A program made the translations under genes and the position numbers. Below, piece after piece: positions 1 to 11,390 of a stretch of DNA of 64,000 bases. Origin of the DNA: Selaginella moellendorffii (lineage: Eukaryota; Plantae; Lycopodiophyta); assembly GCF_000143415.4 (NCBI RefSeq), contig NW_003314287.1:828203-892202 (forward strand), given 5' to 3'. The stretch's first letter is position 1; every line of letters starts with the position of its first letter. Below the pieces are notes generated by a model that did not search any database, was not told where the DNA came from, and worked only from the letters and a program-made list of their open reading frames with translations.

Positions 1-81
1 GAGCGGATAAATTCACAGCTTCGCAGCACATCCTTCCTCGACTGCAAAGAAAAAGGAGAAAAATAAGTTCTTACGATCCAC

Positions 82-1284
82 TCACTTGGACCGTGTGATC
101 ACTTGCTCGGTGAGCTCCGTCAGCGCTCTACGACACAAAGACGCCTTCTCCGAGGTCGTGGGAGGAAAGCCCGCGACCGCATCGGCGGCCTTGGACGCGT
201 GCTCCCTGGCCAGCTCCTTGGTCTTGCGGATCCCACTGCTCGCCAGCACCATCTTGAGCGCACTGTCAACGTCCCCGGGATCCTTGAACTTCCGGTCGAT
301 GAGCTCCTGTAGCGCCGGGTGCTCCTCGAGCGCGTAGAGCACCGGCGCGGTGGCAATCCCCTCCCGCAAGTCGGAGAGCGCGGGCTTCCCCAGCGACGCC
401 TTGGTGCCCGTGAAGTCGAGGAGATCGTCGACGAGCTGATAGGCGAGGCCGAGGTGGCGGCCATAGTCAAAGGCCAGCGCCGCCACCTCCTTGGGGTGCC
501 CGGCCAGGATGGCGATGCACTTGCAGCTATTGGCGATGAGCGAGGCCGTCTTGTAGAAGGTCTTCTGGAGGTAGTAGTCCATGCTCGAGCTCTTCTCGGC
601 GTCCACTGTCCACTGCATCACCTCTCCGGCGACTAGATGCTCGAGAACTTTGGACATGAGGCCGACCACCTCGTCGTTCTGGAGCGTGGAGAGGCTAAAG
701 GCGGCGCGGGCGAGGAGGAAGTCTCCGGCCAGGACCGCGAGCTTGTTGCCCATGATGAAGTTGAGCGAGGCGATCCCCCGGCGCGTGTCGGCGTGGTCGA
801 GGACGTCGTCGTGGAGGAGGCTGGCGACGTGGATCATCTCGGTGATCTCCGCGAGCTTGTGGTGGCGCCAGTTCTTCTCATCGCTGGTGGCGGCGGCGGC
901 GCTGGGGAGGACCATGGTGAGAGACGAGGACATGAGGAGGAGGACCATTGGCCGGAAGCGCTTGCCCTCCACGCCCAGCTTGAAGAAGTACTCGGCGGCG
1001 GAGGCGAGCTTGGGGACCTCGGCGGCAACCATGTCGCGCAGCCGCCGCCCTAACTGGGCCATCTCCTCTGCCACTAGACCAAATGGATCCACTTTGTTGT
1101 CGACGTCGATCTTCGGCTCGAGCTGGACAAAGCGGCGAGAATCCCAGCGCGCCGCCAGTGGCAGGAGCTTTCTTGGACAATCGGCCGCCCAGGGATGCGA
1201 TTGGATCGCCGCCGGTGTCGCTGTGATGGTCGAGGAGAGTGAGAGAATTCGGGGGAGAGCGCGGCGCCATACTGTCGCCGCCAT
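82..1284 (-). CDS. Trans-prenyl diphosphate synthase (geranyl/solanesyl diphosphate synthase, GPS1/SPS3-like), intronless, about 400 aa with probable organellar transit peptide
   Basis: GKRFRP motif, first DDxxD (LHDDVLD...RRG), KTASL, second DDxxD (LVDDLLD), LGKP..SDL..G..TAP. Likely ATG at 1284 (MAATVWRR...). The ORF-track extension to 1677 overlaps the next gene. Confidence 0.92.
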   Translation of the reverse strand: MAATVWRRALPRILSLSSTITATPAAIQSHPWAADCPRKLLPLAARWDSRRFVQLEPKIDVDNKVDPFGLVAEEMAQLGRRLRDMVAAEVPKLASAAEYFFKLGVEGKRFRPMVLLLMSSSLTMVLPSAAAATSDEKNWRHHKLAEITEMIHVASLLHDDVLDHADTRRGIASLNFIMGNKLAVLAGDFLLARAAFSLSTLQNDEVVGLMSKVLEHLVAGEVMQWTVDAEKSSSMDYYLQKTFYKTASLIANSCKCIAILAGHPKEVAALAFDYGRHLGLAYQLVDDLLDFTGTKASLGKPALSDLREGIATAPVLYALEEHPALQELIDRKFKDPGDVDSALKMVLASSGIRKTKELAREHASKAADAVAGFPPTTSEKASLCRRALTELTEQVITRSK

Positions 1285-1417
1285 TGCTAGAGATCTAGGC
1301 CTGACCCGGCTAGGAAATCGCGATAGCGTACCCCATTGCGATCGCCTCCTTCCTCTTGTCAGCCGCCGTGCTCTCTTTTTAGGGCTTTGAGGGATTGTAA
1401 GGGTTTTCTGGCAAGCT

Positions 1418-2835
1418 ATGGGGTCGGGCGAGGACGATGACAAGATCAGAGCGTCCAAGAAGACGCTGACGGTGGTCATTGCGGCCATTCTGACGCTGCT
1501 CACGAGCTCGCAGGTGCGTACATTGCTAGATCCAGTGCTCCGATCGAAATTCTTTCTTTGCAGGGGATTCTTACGGCTCTTTCGCAATCCAATGGAGGCT
1601 ACGATTACGATTACGCTACCGTCCCATTCTTGTCCGAGCTGCTCAAGGTGTGAGATCTTGATCATTGTGAATTCCAATAAAGCTGAGGCTTTCGTGGTAT
1701 TTTAGCTTGCATTTTCGGGAGTTTTCCTCTGGAACGAAGTGAGATCGTCCAGTAGCACACAGATCACGGGCGATTGGAAGACAATGCGGCTGTATCCAAT
1801 TCCTTCCGTCATCTATCTCATTCACAACAATGTCCAGTTTGCGACACTGACTTACGTGGATACGTCGACTTACCAGATCATGGGAAATCTCAAGATCGTC
1901 ACGACTGGCATTCTTTTCCGGTAAGCTCCGGAATTTCTTTTGATATTTGAGCTTTTATGGTTAAGACGTGGTGATCTCATAGTATCATGCTGAAGAAAAA
2001 GCTATCGAACTTACAATGGATGGCCATAGTTCTGTTGACAGTGGGAACCACAACGAGTCAGGTGGAATTTGCATTTGAAAGGTAGACTAAAACGTGTTGT
2101 CTTTGAACAGATAAAGGGGTGTGGAGAGAGCAAGTGCGAGAGTTTGTTTGCTGCGCCAATGCAAGGCTACTTGCTGGGAGTTTTATCGGCGTGTCTCTCA
2201 GCACTAGCCGGCGTTTACACTGAATATCTGCTGAAGAAGAACAACGATTCACTTTACTGGCAGAACATCCAGCTTTACGGGTAAGTAGTTTCATGTAGAC
2301 TTCACGCAAGAAGAAGTGTTGGGCTGATTCAAGCACAGGTTTGGCGTCTTGTTCAACGCCTTGAGACTCAGCGTGGACGACGTGAGTGCCAGCTTCTCGA
2401 ACGGTCCTTGGTGGTTTCGGCTGTTCAATGGTTATAGTTTTGTTACATGGCTCGTCGTTATCAACCTCGGGTGCACGGGATTGTTGGTTTCTTGGATCAT
2501 GAAGTACGCGGACAATATCGTAAAGGTCTGGAAGTTTTGTTTGCGACTCTTGGAAAACTCGCTTGCTTGTGCAGGTTTATTCCACATCTATGGCCATGTT
2601 GCTCACGATGGTGTTATCTATTTACCTCTTCAACCTGCAGCCTACGCTGCAAGTAAGCTATCTTCCCTCTTTGAGCTTTCCCTTTTTTTTTGCTGATACT
2701 GACTTTGGGCGACTACAGCTATTCCTGGGAATTATCATATGCTGCATGTCGCTTCAGATGTATTTTACCCCTCCGCATCTTCTCGTTGATTCGCTTCCAC
2801 AGTCATCGCTTCCACTATCCGCCACGAGAACGTAA
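1418..2835 (+). CDS. Nucleotide-sugar transporter (CMP-sialic acid transporter-like, SLC35A family), multi-exon
   Basis: Exon peptides LLTSSQGILT..., LYPIPSVIYLIHNNVQF..TYQIMGNLKIVTTG, LSALAGVYTEYLLK..SLYWQNIQLY, GLLVSWIMKYADNIVKVYSTSMAMLLT. Short GT-AG introns (e.g. 1514-1563). Confidence 0.9.
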
Positions 2836-3095
2836 GACGCAATTACTTTCTCTTTACAAAGAGCAAAATAGAGGAGAGAGCCTCAGAAAGTATCCTCGAG
2901 AAGGTTTGATCTGCCATTCATTTTTCTTTGCGCTTGTGCACTCACTGTACGTGTTTGCAGGCGAACTTTGTTGCTCACTACTGTAAGAACAAAGAATCAG
3001 CACGTCCAGTTTCAGCGAGGATCACAGAAATTGATCCATCGGGGAAGAAAAGAGAAGAAAAAAAGCAGCAGCTCTATACACGCGCGATGGCTTCA

Positions 3096-3558
3096 TCACG
3101 TATCGCGCTTGTAGAAATACTCGTTGATGCCCGGGGTAATCTGAAAGTGTTTTCGGGTGTAGAGGTACCGTCTCAGCGCGTGATCATGGTACGCTTTCCC
3201 TTCCTTGAAATTCTGGACAAGCCCCGCCATTCTATCATCCTTGTTAACTCTGTTGGAACAGTGACGAGACCTGGTCCTGAGGAAAAAATGATTCAAGCAT
3301 CGCTACCTGACCTCCGGATTAAGCGTCAAGTTCCTCATGCTCACGAACGACGCCAATCCCACAGCTGCGGCCATAAACGCGATCAAAGGGTATACCTGTT
3401 CGATTGATCGATCGTCGAGAATTAGAAACTCGTGACAATGCGAGAGAATTGATGCGTCGGGGGCGAAGAAGTGGAGGGGGAAATCGCACCTCGGGCTTTG
3501 TCCATCGCTTGAAGTTCTCAATTTTTCTCCTCGCAATCTCTTTAGCGGAGAAGGCCAT
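3096..3558 (-). CDS. B12D/NDUFA4-like small mitochondrial protein, 3 exons (3558-3490, 3395-3307, 3249-3096), 103 aa
   Basis: Spliced product contains RWTKPEVYPLIAFMAAAVG...RNLTLNPEVRVNKDDR.AG..N..EG..Y..H.LR, the B12D pattern. Exon lengths sum to 312 nt with canonical GT-AG sites. Confidence 0.85.
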
Positions 3559-3864
3559 TTTCCTCTTCCCGGGAACAGAGCCCTAACTGTAAGTTGACGT
3601 GGCGCGAAGCGTTTGGCTGTAAAGCATCCGCTGGCGCATTGCGAGATGGAATTTGCATTAGCCGTCGATTCAAAGAAGGTGCTTTCTGGATGAGAATATT
3701 TCTAATTCAGTCTCAGAAAACTAGACCTACTGGTTCTGGAGTTGCCGATGGGATCCGCGATTTGGAATCGGCGGATCGCGCTAGGGTAGCTCACAGGGAA
3801 TGATGGATCTTCGTGCAAATCCAGGGAGATCGAAGCTCGCCGTGTAAATCGTGGGATTGATCCG

Positions 3865-6491
3865 ATGAGTTCCTCGAGGACGAGCCCGCCCCATCACAGG
3901 CACGATGGGACGTCGCCGCTGCCGCTGGGAATGGACGCCAGTCCCGCTCCTTCGAAATGGGTATGTTCTTCATCGAAATCTCCTCCCCTAGGTCGATGTC
4001 GCTCGAAATATTGCATGCGCTCGGGCGAATTTCGTGCATTGCGAGCTGAGATTTCCCTCCTCTTTGCAGGACGGCGCCAGCACGATCTGGCCTCACGATC
4101 CAAGGACTGGATGGAGCTACTGTGCGACGATCCCGTCGTGGGTGGTCCTTCCGGAAGCTAAGACAGGAGAGGGTACTTTTATCAATCCCACTGTGGTAAT
4201 TGGTATCTTTTCGTTGGAAGGGATTTTGTGGAGCTGAATGGAATTCTCTTGCAGTTCTACAGGGTGCTCGTGGGGATCCAGTCACCGCAAGGTGTGACTT
4301 CTGTGCGGGGTATCCTGCGACGCTTCAGCGATTTCTTGAAGTTATATGCAGCAGTAAGTAGGTGGCATGGATTGTTTTAAGGACTTTTTATTTTTCTAGT
4401 CATCTGAATTGGTGCTTCCAGCTGAAAAGTGCGCTCCGGAAGAAGAAAATCCCTCCAGCTCCTCCCAAGAACACACTGCTTCGTATCAATTCAAGCCAGG
4501 CGCTGCTGCAAGAGGTCTGACTGCGTGCTGCCTTGATGCTGTTCGTTAAATATGACGTTTTCAGACGATTTTTCTCTCAGAGAAGGCATGCATTGGACGA
4601 TTGGATGAGCAGCCTTTTGAGCGATATTGAAATCTCTCGGAGTGCTCCTGTTGCTGCGTTTCTGGAGCTCGAGGCCGCTGCCCGTTCAGGTATTTTACTT
4701 TTTTTTTTCTTCGGACGGTGCTGATAGATGCCTTTGCAGCTGCGAGCGCTGCCTCTGCTCAAGAGGACAGTGCTTCAGTCATCGCTGGTTTGGCACTCGA
4801 AGACTCTGGCCTCATTGCTCCGAGTTCACTGTATAATGGCTCTTCGTCGGTAGCTTCTCTCCCGGATTATGCTAGCGATGCCGCCTGCAGCACGTCTGGC
4901 GTGAGAACACCAACAAGTTTAAGTGAGCTGGGAGTAGAGGTCGAGACAGCAGATGACATAGCCACAGCTCAACGTAAGAAAAAAGGTAAAGACGTAGAAC
5001 AAGGGTTGGAAGATGGCAAACAGGATAGCGAAACGTCCAAGATATTCAGATCAGTAAGTGAAGCAACACTAGATAATTTTCATAGAAGGAAGGATAGCGA
5101 CAGTGATATAGCGAGCGAGCAATCCATTCCAATGTCCGTTGAAGGCCCCTCAGACACTTCGTTGGTGCTTGCTGCCGGTATAGAGCGAAGGATGGAAGGG
5201 GTGTCCAGTTTTGAGTCCGACATTTTAAAAGGCGCCTCGGTTTTCTTGCCGGCCGATCAGCGAGCAAACTTAAAGAGAGTCATGGCAGCACTTCAACGCA
5301 GATTTGAGATTGTCAAAGCAGATATGGAAGACTTGATCACGAGATTGAACCAGGAAGTTGCTGTCAAGGGGTTTTTGACCATCAAGGTACACTTTGTTTA
5401 GCATAGAGTATTTCGGCTGACAAGAAATCATTGTAGGTGCGAGACCTCGAAGCAGAGCTTGATAATACGCGTCGCAAAAGTCAAGATGTGCTTCAACAAG
5501 CTGTCTCTGTGGAGCGTGAGCGAGTTACTGAACTGCAGTGGGAACTGGAGGACTGTCGTACCGCGTTAATGAACGCCGAAGAGTCTTTGCAAACGGAACG
5601 GGTGCGTTTCGTCGCAGTTTACTTCAGTTCTTAGTAGTCTAATGATTCTCGTTTCAGAACGACAGAGGCATGGAAAACGAGAGTTTGCAATCTATACGCG
5701 CGGAACTCGACAATTCAAAGCAGCAGGTTGTTCAACTCCAGGAGAAGCTGGAGTCGTTGGCTAAAGAGCGGGATGCTATAGAGGCTCAAGCTCGTGCAGA
5801 GAAGAGAATTCTAGCAAAGGAGATTAAAACTTTGAGAAAAAACCAACCCGAGCTCAAAGAGGAACTCGACACAGCACTGCGAATCAAAGCCGAGTTGGAG
5901 GTGCTTAATCCGAGCTTTGTCTTGTTTTTAACCTTTCGTGTTTTTATCATCCAGGGAGTCTTACGGAAGGAGAGAGAAAAGGAAGAGCTAGCGAGAAACT
6001 CGAGAGCCAGTTTCATGCACGAGGTTTCAGCTCTTCGACAACGGCTCCAAGAATGCAGTGTTGACTTCCTTGCCAAGGAAGATGGCGCCAAGAACTCCAT
6101 CTCGAGCGACGCAATGGAGCTTCTCACGACGTCAGATAATCGCATCAATCTCCTGCTCGCGGAAGTAAGCTTTTGTTTATTCCTTTCACCTCTCAAGTTT
6201 TTTGTGTCCCAGGCTCGCTTGATGGCGGAAGAACGTGATGAAGATGAAGATGAGCACTATCCCACCGCGAATGGAGCCACTGCGAACTCGAATCCTCCGG
6301 ATGGAAGTGGAAGCGAGGACGCGGTGAACAAGTTCCTGGTGGACATTCTCATCGACAATGCACAGCTCCGAAAGAGCATGAATTCGCTGACGAGGAGCGC
6401 TCTTCTCGCGGTCCAAAAGAGAGACAACATCGAGGGCGCCATGGAGGAGGCGGCTCCCAAGCGCAGCAGCGTGCTCAACAGGTTTTTGTGA
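3865..6491 (+). CDS. PX (Phox) domain plus coiled-coil protein, EREX/EREL-like, multi-exon
   Basis: N-terminal [32 protein letters not shown] signature [10 protein letters not shown]...PP.PPK, then coiled-coil exons ([41 protein letters not shown]). Confidence 0.88.
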
Positions 6492-6593
6492 CGATCGATC
6501 GAAAGAGAAAAAAACAAGAAATTTTGATGCTGTAAATGTTTTGCACAGGTTTTAAGCTAAAGAACTATGCTTTAGGGTTCTTGGAGTTTTTGG

Positions 6594-7213
6594 ATGAACA
6601 AGCCCGGGCAAGGCGGAGGAGGCGCTGCTGCTACCACGGCCGCCGCGGCAGCTGCGACGATCCACCGGCAGCGAGCGCTACTGCAAAGAGCCGATGCGGA
6701 CATCGCGAATCTCATCGACAATTTCGCGCATATGCTCAAGGCCGCCAGGGTAAGCGGGCGACTTTTCTCTTGTTTTCTTTCCTGGTACCAAATGTAGGGG
6801 ATTTTCTAGGTGAACGATCCCGTGAGGAATGCACAGGAGAACTTCCAGATGGACATCCATGCTTCTAGAGTGGTACGCCAAAACGAAAAATATTCCATCA
6901 TTTTTCCTTCAGCCAAATTTCTTCTCCTCTCATGCTCTGATGGTTTTCCTTTTTATTCTTCCAGGTCCAAGCAGCCGACTCGCTTCTCAAGCTTGTCTCG
7001 GAGCTCAAGCAAAACGCCGTCTTCTCGGATTTCATCTCGCTCAACGAGTGCATCGCCGAGAGGGCCGCCAGATTCGAGGAGCAAAACTCCGACACCGAGA
7101 GGCTCCTCTTGAGCGTCGGCGAGGAGCTGGGCGCGTCGCTGGTAGAGCTCGAAACGCTCTACTACAAATCACTACAGAGACTATCGCCGGCGGAGCATCA
7201 GGCCCAGGAGTGA
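6594..7213 (+). CDS. MED22: Mediator of RNA polymerase II transcription subunit 22, 3 exons (6594-6749, 6810-6872, 6965-7213)
   Basis: LLQRADADIANLIDNF, VNDPVRNAQE.FQM, VQAADSLLKLVSELKQ.A.FS.F.SLN, ELE..YY.S. Confidence 0.9.
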
Positions 7214-7266
7214 CGAGGAAAAAAAAAGCTCGTCGCGTTTGTTTGTTTATTACAGGGATTTTGGAC

Positions 7267-7532
7267 TCAAGTCACCACAGTCGTGATCTTTTCAGCCTCG
7301 AGATCTTTGAAGAACTTGTGAATCGGGACGAGTTCCTTCCTCATGAACTCGCGCTTGCCATACGCCCCGCCTGGGACAAGCAAGGATCACTCGCTCAAAA
7401 ACGCGTCAAAGATCAAAAGAAAAAAAAAAACATCGCAAAGAGAGGACTTTTACCAACAATTCCCAGGAAGAAACCCATGCCGAGGTTGAAGACGAGATTC
7501 CGGACATCCTTTGCGCTCATGTGACCCCCCAT
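7267..7532 (-). CDS. Cytochrome c oxidase subunit 5c-like small membrane protein, 2 exons (7532-7454, 7370-7267), 60 aa; absent from the ORF track
   Basis: Manual splicing gives MGGHMSAKDVRNLVFNLGMGFFLGIVGGAYGKREFMRKELVPIHKFFKDLEAEKITTVVT*. Length, the single TM segment with GxxLGxxxG.xxK and the F..LE..I..V tail resemble plant COX5C. Confidence 0.6.
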
Positions 7533-9596
7533 GTTTGCTTCTCGAAACGTTACGCACTTTTAGGCCTTTTCACAAGTAAGCCCTAAAAATGTCGTCCACG
7601 TATGCCCTAATTTTTCACAATGGTTGGATTGTTTTGGAGGGGGAAAGGTGGCAAAGGTGGTAAAGGTGACAAAACCGGCAGAATACCAGTATTTATAGCA
7701 AGTTTGGACAAGAAGGTCTCCATGTGCGTGAATACAGAGAGGCCACGAGCAACGGAGAAGGCAATGGAAGAAAACAAAGTAGCAACTTGCATTTCATCCA
7801 TGCCCCTTCTTCTTGGAGCCATGTTTTGGTAATTTGGCGCTGTGTGCGGCATCTTGATCTTGTGCTTGTATGGTGGGTGCTGCACACACACTCACTCCAT
7901 ACAACCCCGCTGGCAAAAGAAAATCAGTCTCCATCCCTTTCCGTACCACCTCATGCACGTGTTCCAACAGTGCTGCTCTTGTTTCCTTTTGCTTTTCCCG
8001 GACGACAAAGAGAGAACACTGACAAAAGTTTTACCCGGCGATTCCTGAGAGGGCTTCCAAAGTGCGCTCGTCCGCTGCCCATGCCCGCTCTAAAGTATTT
8101 CCGTTTGCTGCCAAGTGCGTAAGCCGGAAATCTATTCTTCAATCAATGATGGGATCGTGTCCTGGTGGTAGATCGATCATGGATCGCTGCTTTGACCGTA
8201 CTGGCTTTTGGTATACATATCTATATGTATATCATATCACAGAGGCGATTTCATATGCTCTTCGTTAGGTAGCGATCTCGAGCTGGTGTTTTCTTCTGAT
8301 GGATTCGTCGATTGATTGATTCGAGTGAGGGCGACGCGGCACCGAAGAATGAAAGCGAGAGATCCAATCAGTCAGTAAGAAGAAGAGAGAAAACAAGTAA
8401 AAAACATTCGGTCGGAGGGACGGGAGCCCTGACCTCCCAACACACAACAAATAACAAACTCGTTCTTCCATGGGCAGCAGCAGCAGCAAACGGTGGTGCC
8501 AACGAGGGGCGAGAGATTGCGATCGGAAACAAGAAACACCAGCAGGAACTTAGACTCCAGCAAATGCCCGTGCTGGGCATTTTTAAACTGCTTCTTTCCC
8601 CTGCTGCTGTGCGCTCCTGTTCCCGTTCCTGGCGCGGCTGCGGAAGGGAACAGAGGCAAATAATGATTTGGGGCAACAGGGCTGCGAAAAATGCCGGCCT
8701 GTGGACGGCCTTTTGCAGGGGAGCACGCGCTTCCGTGCAAATACCCTGTTTAGTTTTGTGTTTCTTTTAGGGCTCATGGCTTATTGTTGTCCTTGAGCTG
8801 GGCAGGAGGGCATTTGCTGATGCCATGATGGCGGCATTATCTCGCAGGACGGATTGCTAGAGCGGGCTTTAAAGTTACTCCTCTCTCTCACACACTCCAC
8901 TTCTTGGAATGGGTGACGGGGATCGAGCAAAAAGTCCACTCCTTGCGACTTCCCACAATTGAATTGAAGCCGGCATAATCGATCGATCACGAAAGAAAAC
9001 GCGAAGCGCCGCCATTTGCCCCGGCGGATCTCTCTCACCTCTCGCTCGGAGGATTTGAAGGGATTTCTCGGGCCGCTTTCAAGACCAAGGAAAGCGAAAG
9101 CTCGTTCGTTTTGGCGGATCAAGGGGATTCTTTTCAAAATTCTCCTTCTCTCTTAGTAAGAGCTCACTCATCAAAGCTCTTATTCTCATCTCTTGCTTTT
9201 TTCCTCCCAGAAATTCCAATCTTTGTGATTCCTTTCGAATCCAGCGTAGAGAGCAAATGTGGTCCTCACCAATCATTCCCGCGCTGCTCGTCCTGTTCGT
9301 CCCATCTCTCTCCTCCTTGCGAGCAGCCATGGCTCGTCGTTAAGCAGCAGCGAGCAAGAAAAAGAAAGGAAAGGAAAGTCGCAAGAGGGAAGAAATGTGT
9401 CGGGATCAATCCAAATCAGTCACTACTGCTGCTGCGCTAGATCATCAGTCTGCTGAGAGTTTCTAATCAACAACCGGCACAGACCCCGACGACCAAGACC
9501 ACCGCTCATCTCCTCTTCAACCAAAAGTGGAAAGGAAAAAGAGATCTCTTAGTGCGATAGCGAGGAAGAAGAAAAATCTCCACTCGATCCAAAAAT

Positions 9597-11390
9597 ATGG
9601 GACTTTGCATCTCTAGACGAGCAGTGGAAGCGAGCGATTCCAGCCAGCATGAGCACCTCTCCTCCTCCAAGATCAATGGAGGAGCTGGCGGCCGCGGCGG
9701 TGCGGATGGATCGTCGGCATCGTCGCTAAATCCCGCGGCAAGGCTCTTGCTCGACTCGCCACGGATCTCCACCGATATCAGCGAGATGGGCATGCTGGGC
9801 CTGCTCTTCCACAAGAGGTACTGCTGCAAGTCCCTCCCCTCCAGCCACCAGAATCCAAGAGGATACCAGAAGCTCGCGCTGGACATCCCTCCCAGCGAGC
9901 TGGTGATCCAGCAAAATGCGCTCTTTGAGGAGCAGCGGCGAGACGATGCAATGGAGGAGGAGGATCGCAAGAGAGACGAGGGAGGCGGCGGAGTGGAGGA
10001 GGAGGATGATGGGTATCCAGCATTCCAGCCCAATTCAAGGCCCGCCGCGGCGATCGAGCCGCCCATTACGCTGGCTGCGGTGGCGGCGGCGATCAAGGAG
10101 GGATCGCGCGTGGGCGGTGGCAGCAGGGGAACGTGGTCATCCGCGGGCGAGGAGTTTTACTCGGACTGGGAGGATCGATCCAGCACAGCGGCGACGGTAG
10201 TAGCAGCTCCGCCACCACCGCCGCCGCCGCCGCCGCCACCGCCGATAGTAAGTACTACTCACGAGCTAGGAGTTTTCGAGGCAGAGGAGTATTTCAAGGA
10301 GGATTCTTCCCATCCTTCGAGACCAAACGATCGGGTGGAGGGATCATCAGTCAAGTCTGTGGAAGAGGATTTGATCTCTCTTCCAGTGGCCAAGAGTGAA
10401 GACAGGCGCTGTTTATCCTCGCGCTCCTCGTCGTGCTCTTCGTCGGGTGGTGGTGGTGGAGTCGGATGGGCTTCGCTGTGCGCGGGTTCCAGCGCCGTAG
10501 AGATCGATCACAAGGTGAAGAGCCCGGCCAAGTCGATGAAGAACAAGGCTGATAACCACATCTACAAGATGCTCAAGCTCCTGGCATCGCCCTCCTCTTC
10601 ACACCAACCGTCCATGGCGAGCTCTTCCAGCAAGCCGACTAGAGGTGGCGAGCATCGGTCCGCGCGGAAGACACACAAGAAAAAGGCCAGGATCGCGGAG
10701 ACTCAAGTCAAGGAATGGATGGATCGAGCCAGGAAGAGCCTCGACACGGATCAGAAGAACGCCATGGCCTCATCGCCTCAAAGGTCTTCCGTCACCCAAG
10801 AACAAGTGGCGAAGAAATGCCAGGGTGGTGGAACCGGATTTGGGTCGCCGTTCCCAGCGTCACCCAAGCAGCAAAAGAGCTCCTCCCTCGATCAACTTAA
10901 GCTCGCGCAAGATCAAGCCAAGGAGGACGATGATCACAACGACAGTGACTCCAGCTCCGACCTGTTCGAGCTCGACAGCGTCACCACCAGCTTGAGCTCG
11001 GCTCGCTCTTCTCTGTCCCGGCTGAGCTCCGCGAGATCATCCGTGCGCAAGTCCACCGTCGACGAGCAGGACATGCTACACGTAAATCTCGTCCCCGCGG
11101 ATCACAGCAGCGCCAAGGTGTTGATATCGTCCTCGGAGGCCGTGATCCATCAAAACCATCACTGCAAAAAGAGTGGAAGCAGGAGGGACAAGGAGGAATT
11201 AGATGGTGCGAGCAATGCTGCCGTGCTGATCATGAAGAACCGGAGGCTGCACGGCAGCAAGATTTCTTGCCTGGATTCAGGTCCGCTCTTGAGTATTGTC
11301 GAGGAGAGCAAGCCGGCATCAGTGGCTAGCAGCCCCGGTGGATTAAATTCATGGAGCAGCAGCACTAGTGCTTTGACAGTGCAAACATGA
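9597..11390 (+). CDS. PHYTOCHROME KINASE SUBSTRATE (PKS)-like Ser-rich disordered protein, single exon, 597 aa
   Basis: Two PKS hallmark motifs, ELGVFEAEEYF and SDSSSDLFELDS. N-terminal MGLC acylation-type sequence. Confidence 0.65.
   Translation: MGLCISRRAVEASDSSQHEHLSSSKINGGAGGRGGADGSSASSLNPAARLLLDSPRISTDISEMGMLGLLFHKRYCCKSLPSSHQNPRGYQKLALDIPPSELVIQQNALFEEQRRDDAMEEEDRKRDEGGGGVEEEDDGYPAFQPNSRPAAAIEPPITLAAVAAAIKEGSRVGGGSRGTWSSAGEEFYSDWEDRSSTAATVVAAPPPPPPPPPPPPIVSTTHELGVFEAEEYFKEDSSHPSRPNDRVEGSSVKSVEEDLISLPVAKSEDRRCLSSRSSSCSSSGGGGGVGWASLCAGSSAVEIDHKVKSPAKSMKNKADNHIYKMLKLLASPSSSHQPSMASSSSKPTRGGEHRSARKTHKKKARIAETQVKEWMDRARKSLDTDQKNAMASSPQRSSVTQEQVAKKCQGGGTGFGSPFPASPKQQKSSSLDQLKLAQDQAKEDDDHNDSDSSSDLFELDSVTTSLSSARSSLSRLSSARSSVRKSTVDEQDMLHVNLVPADHSSAKVLISSSEAVIHQNHHCKKSGSRRDKEELDGASNAAVLIMKNRRLHGSKISCLDSGPLLSIVEESKPASVASSPGGLNSWSSSTSALTVQT

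Noticed and set aside
581-1390. 269-aa plus-strand ORF and other antisense ORFs over GC-rich genes
   Set aside because: Shadow ORFs of real coding sequence.
1285-1677. N-terminal extension of the 531-aa ORF
   Set aside because: Antisense to the transporter's exons and introns; the plausible start is ATG 1284.
7620-8122. Short Cys-rich ORFs, possible small gene or pseudogene
   Set aside because: In-frame stop, no convincing splice model and no recognisable family motif.
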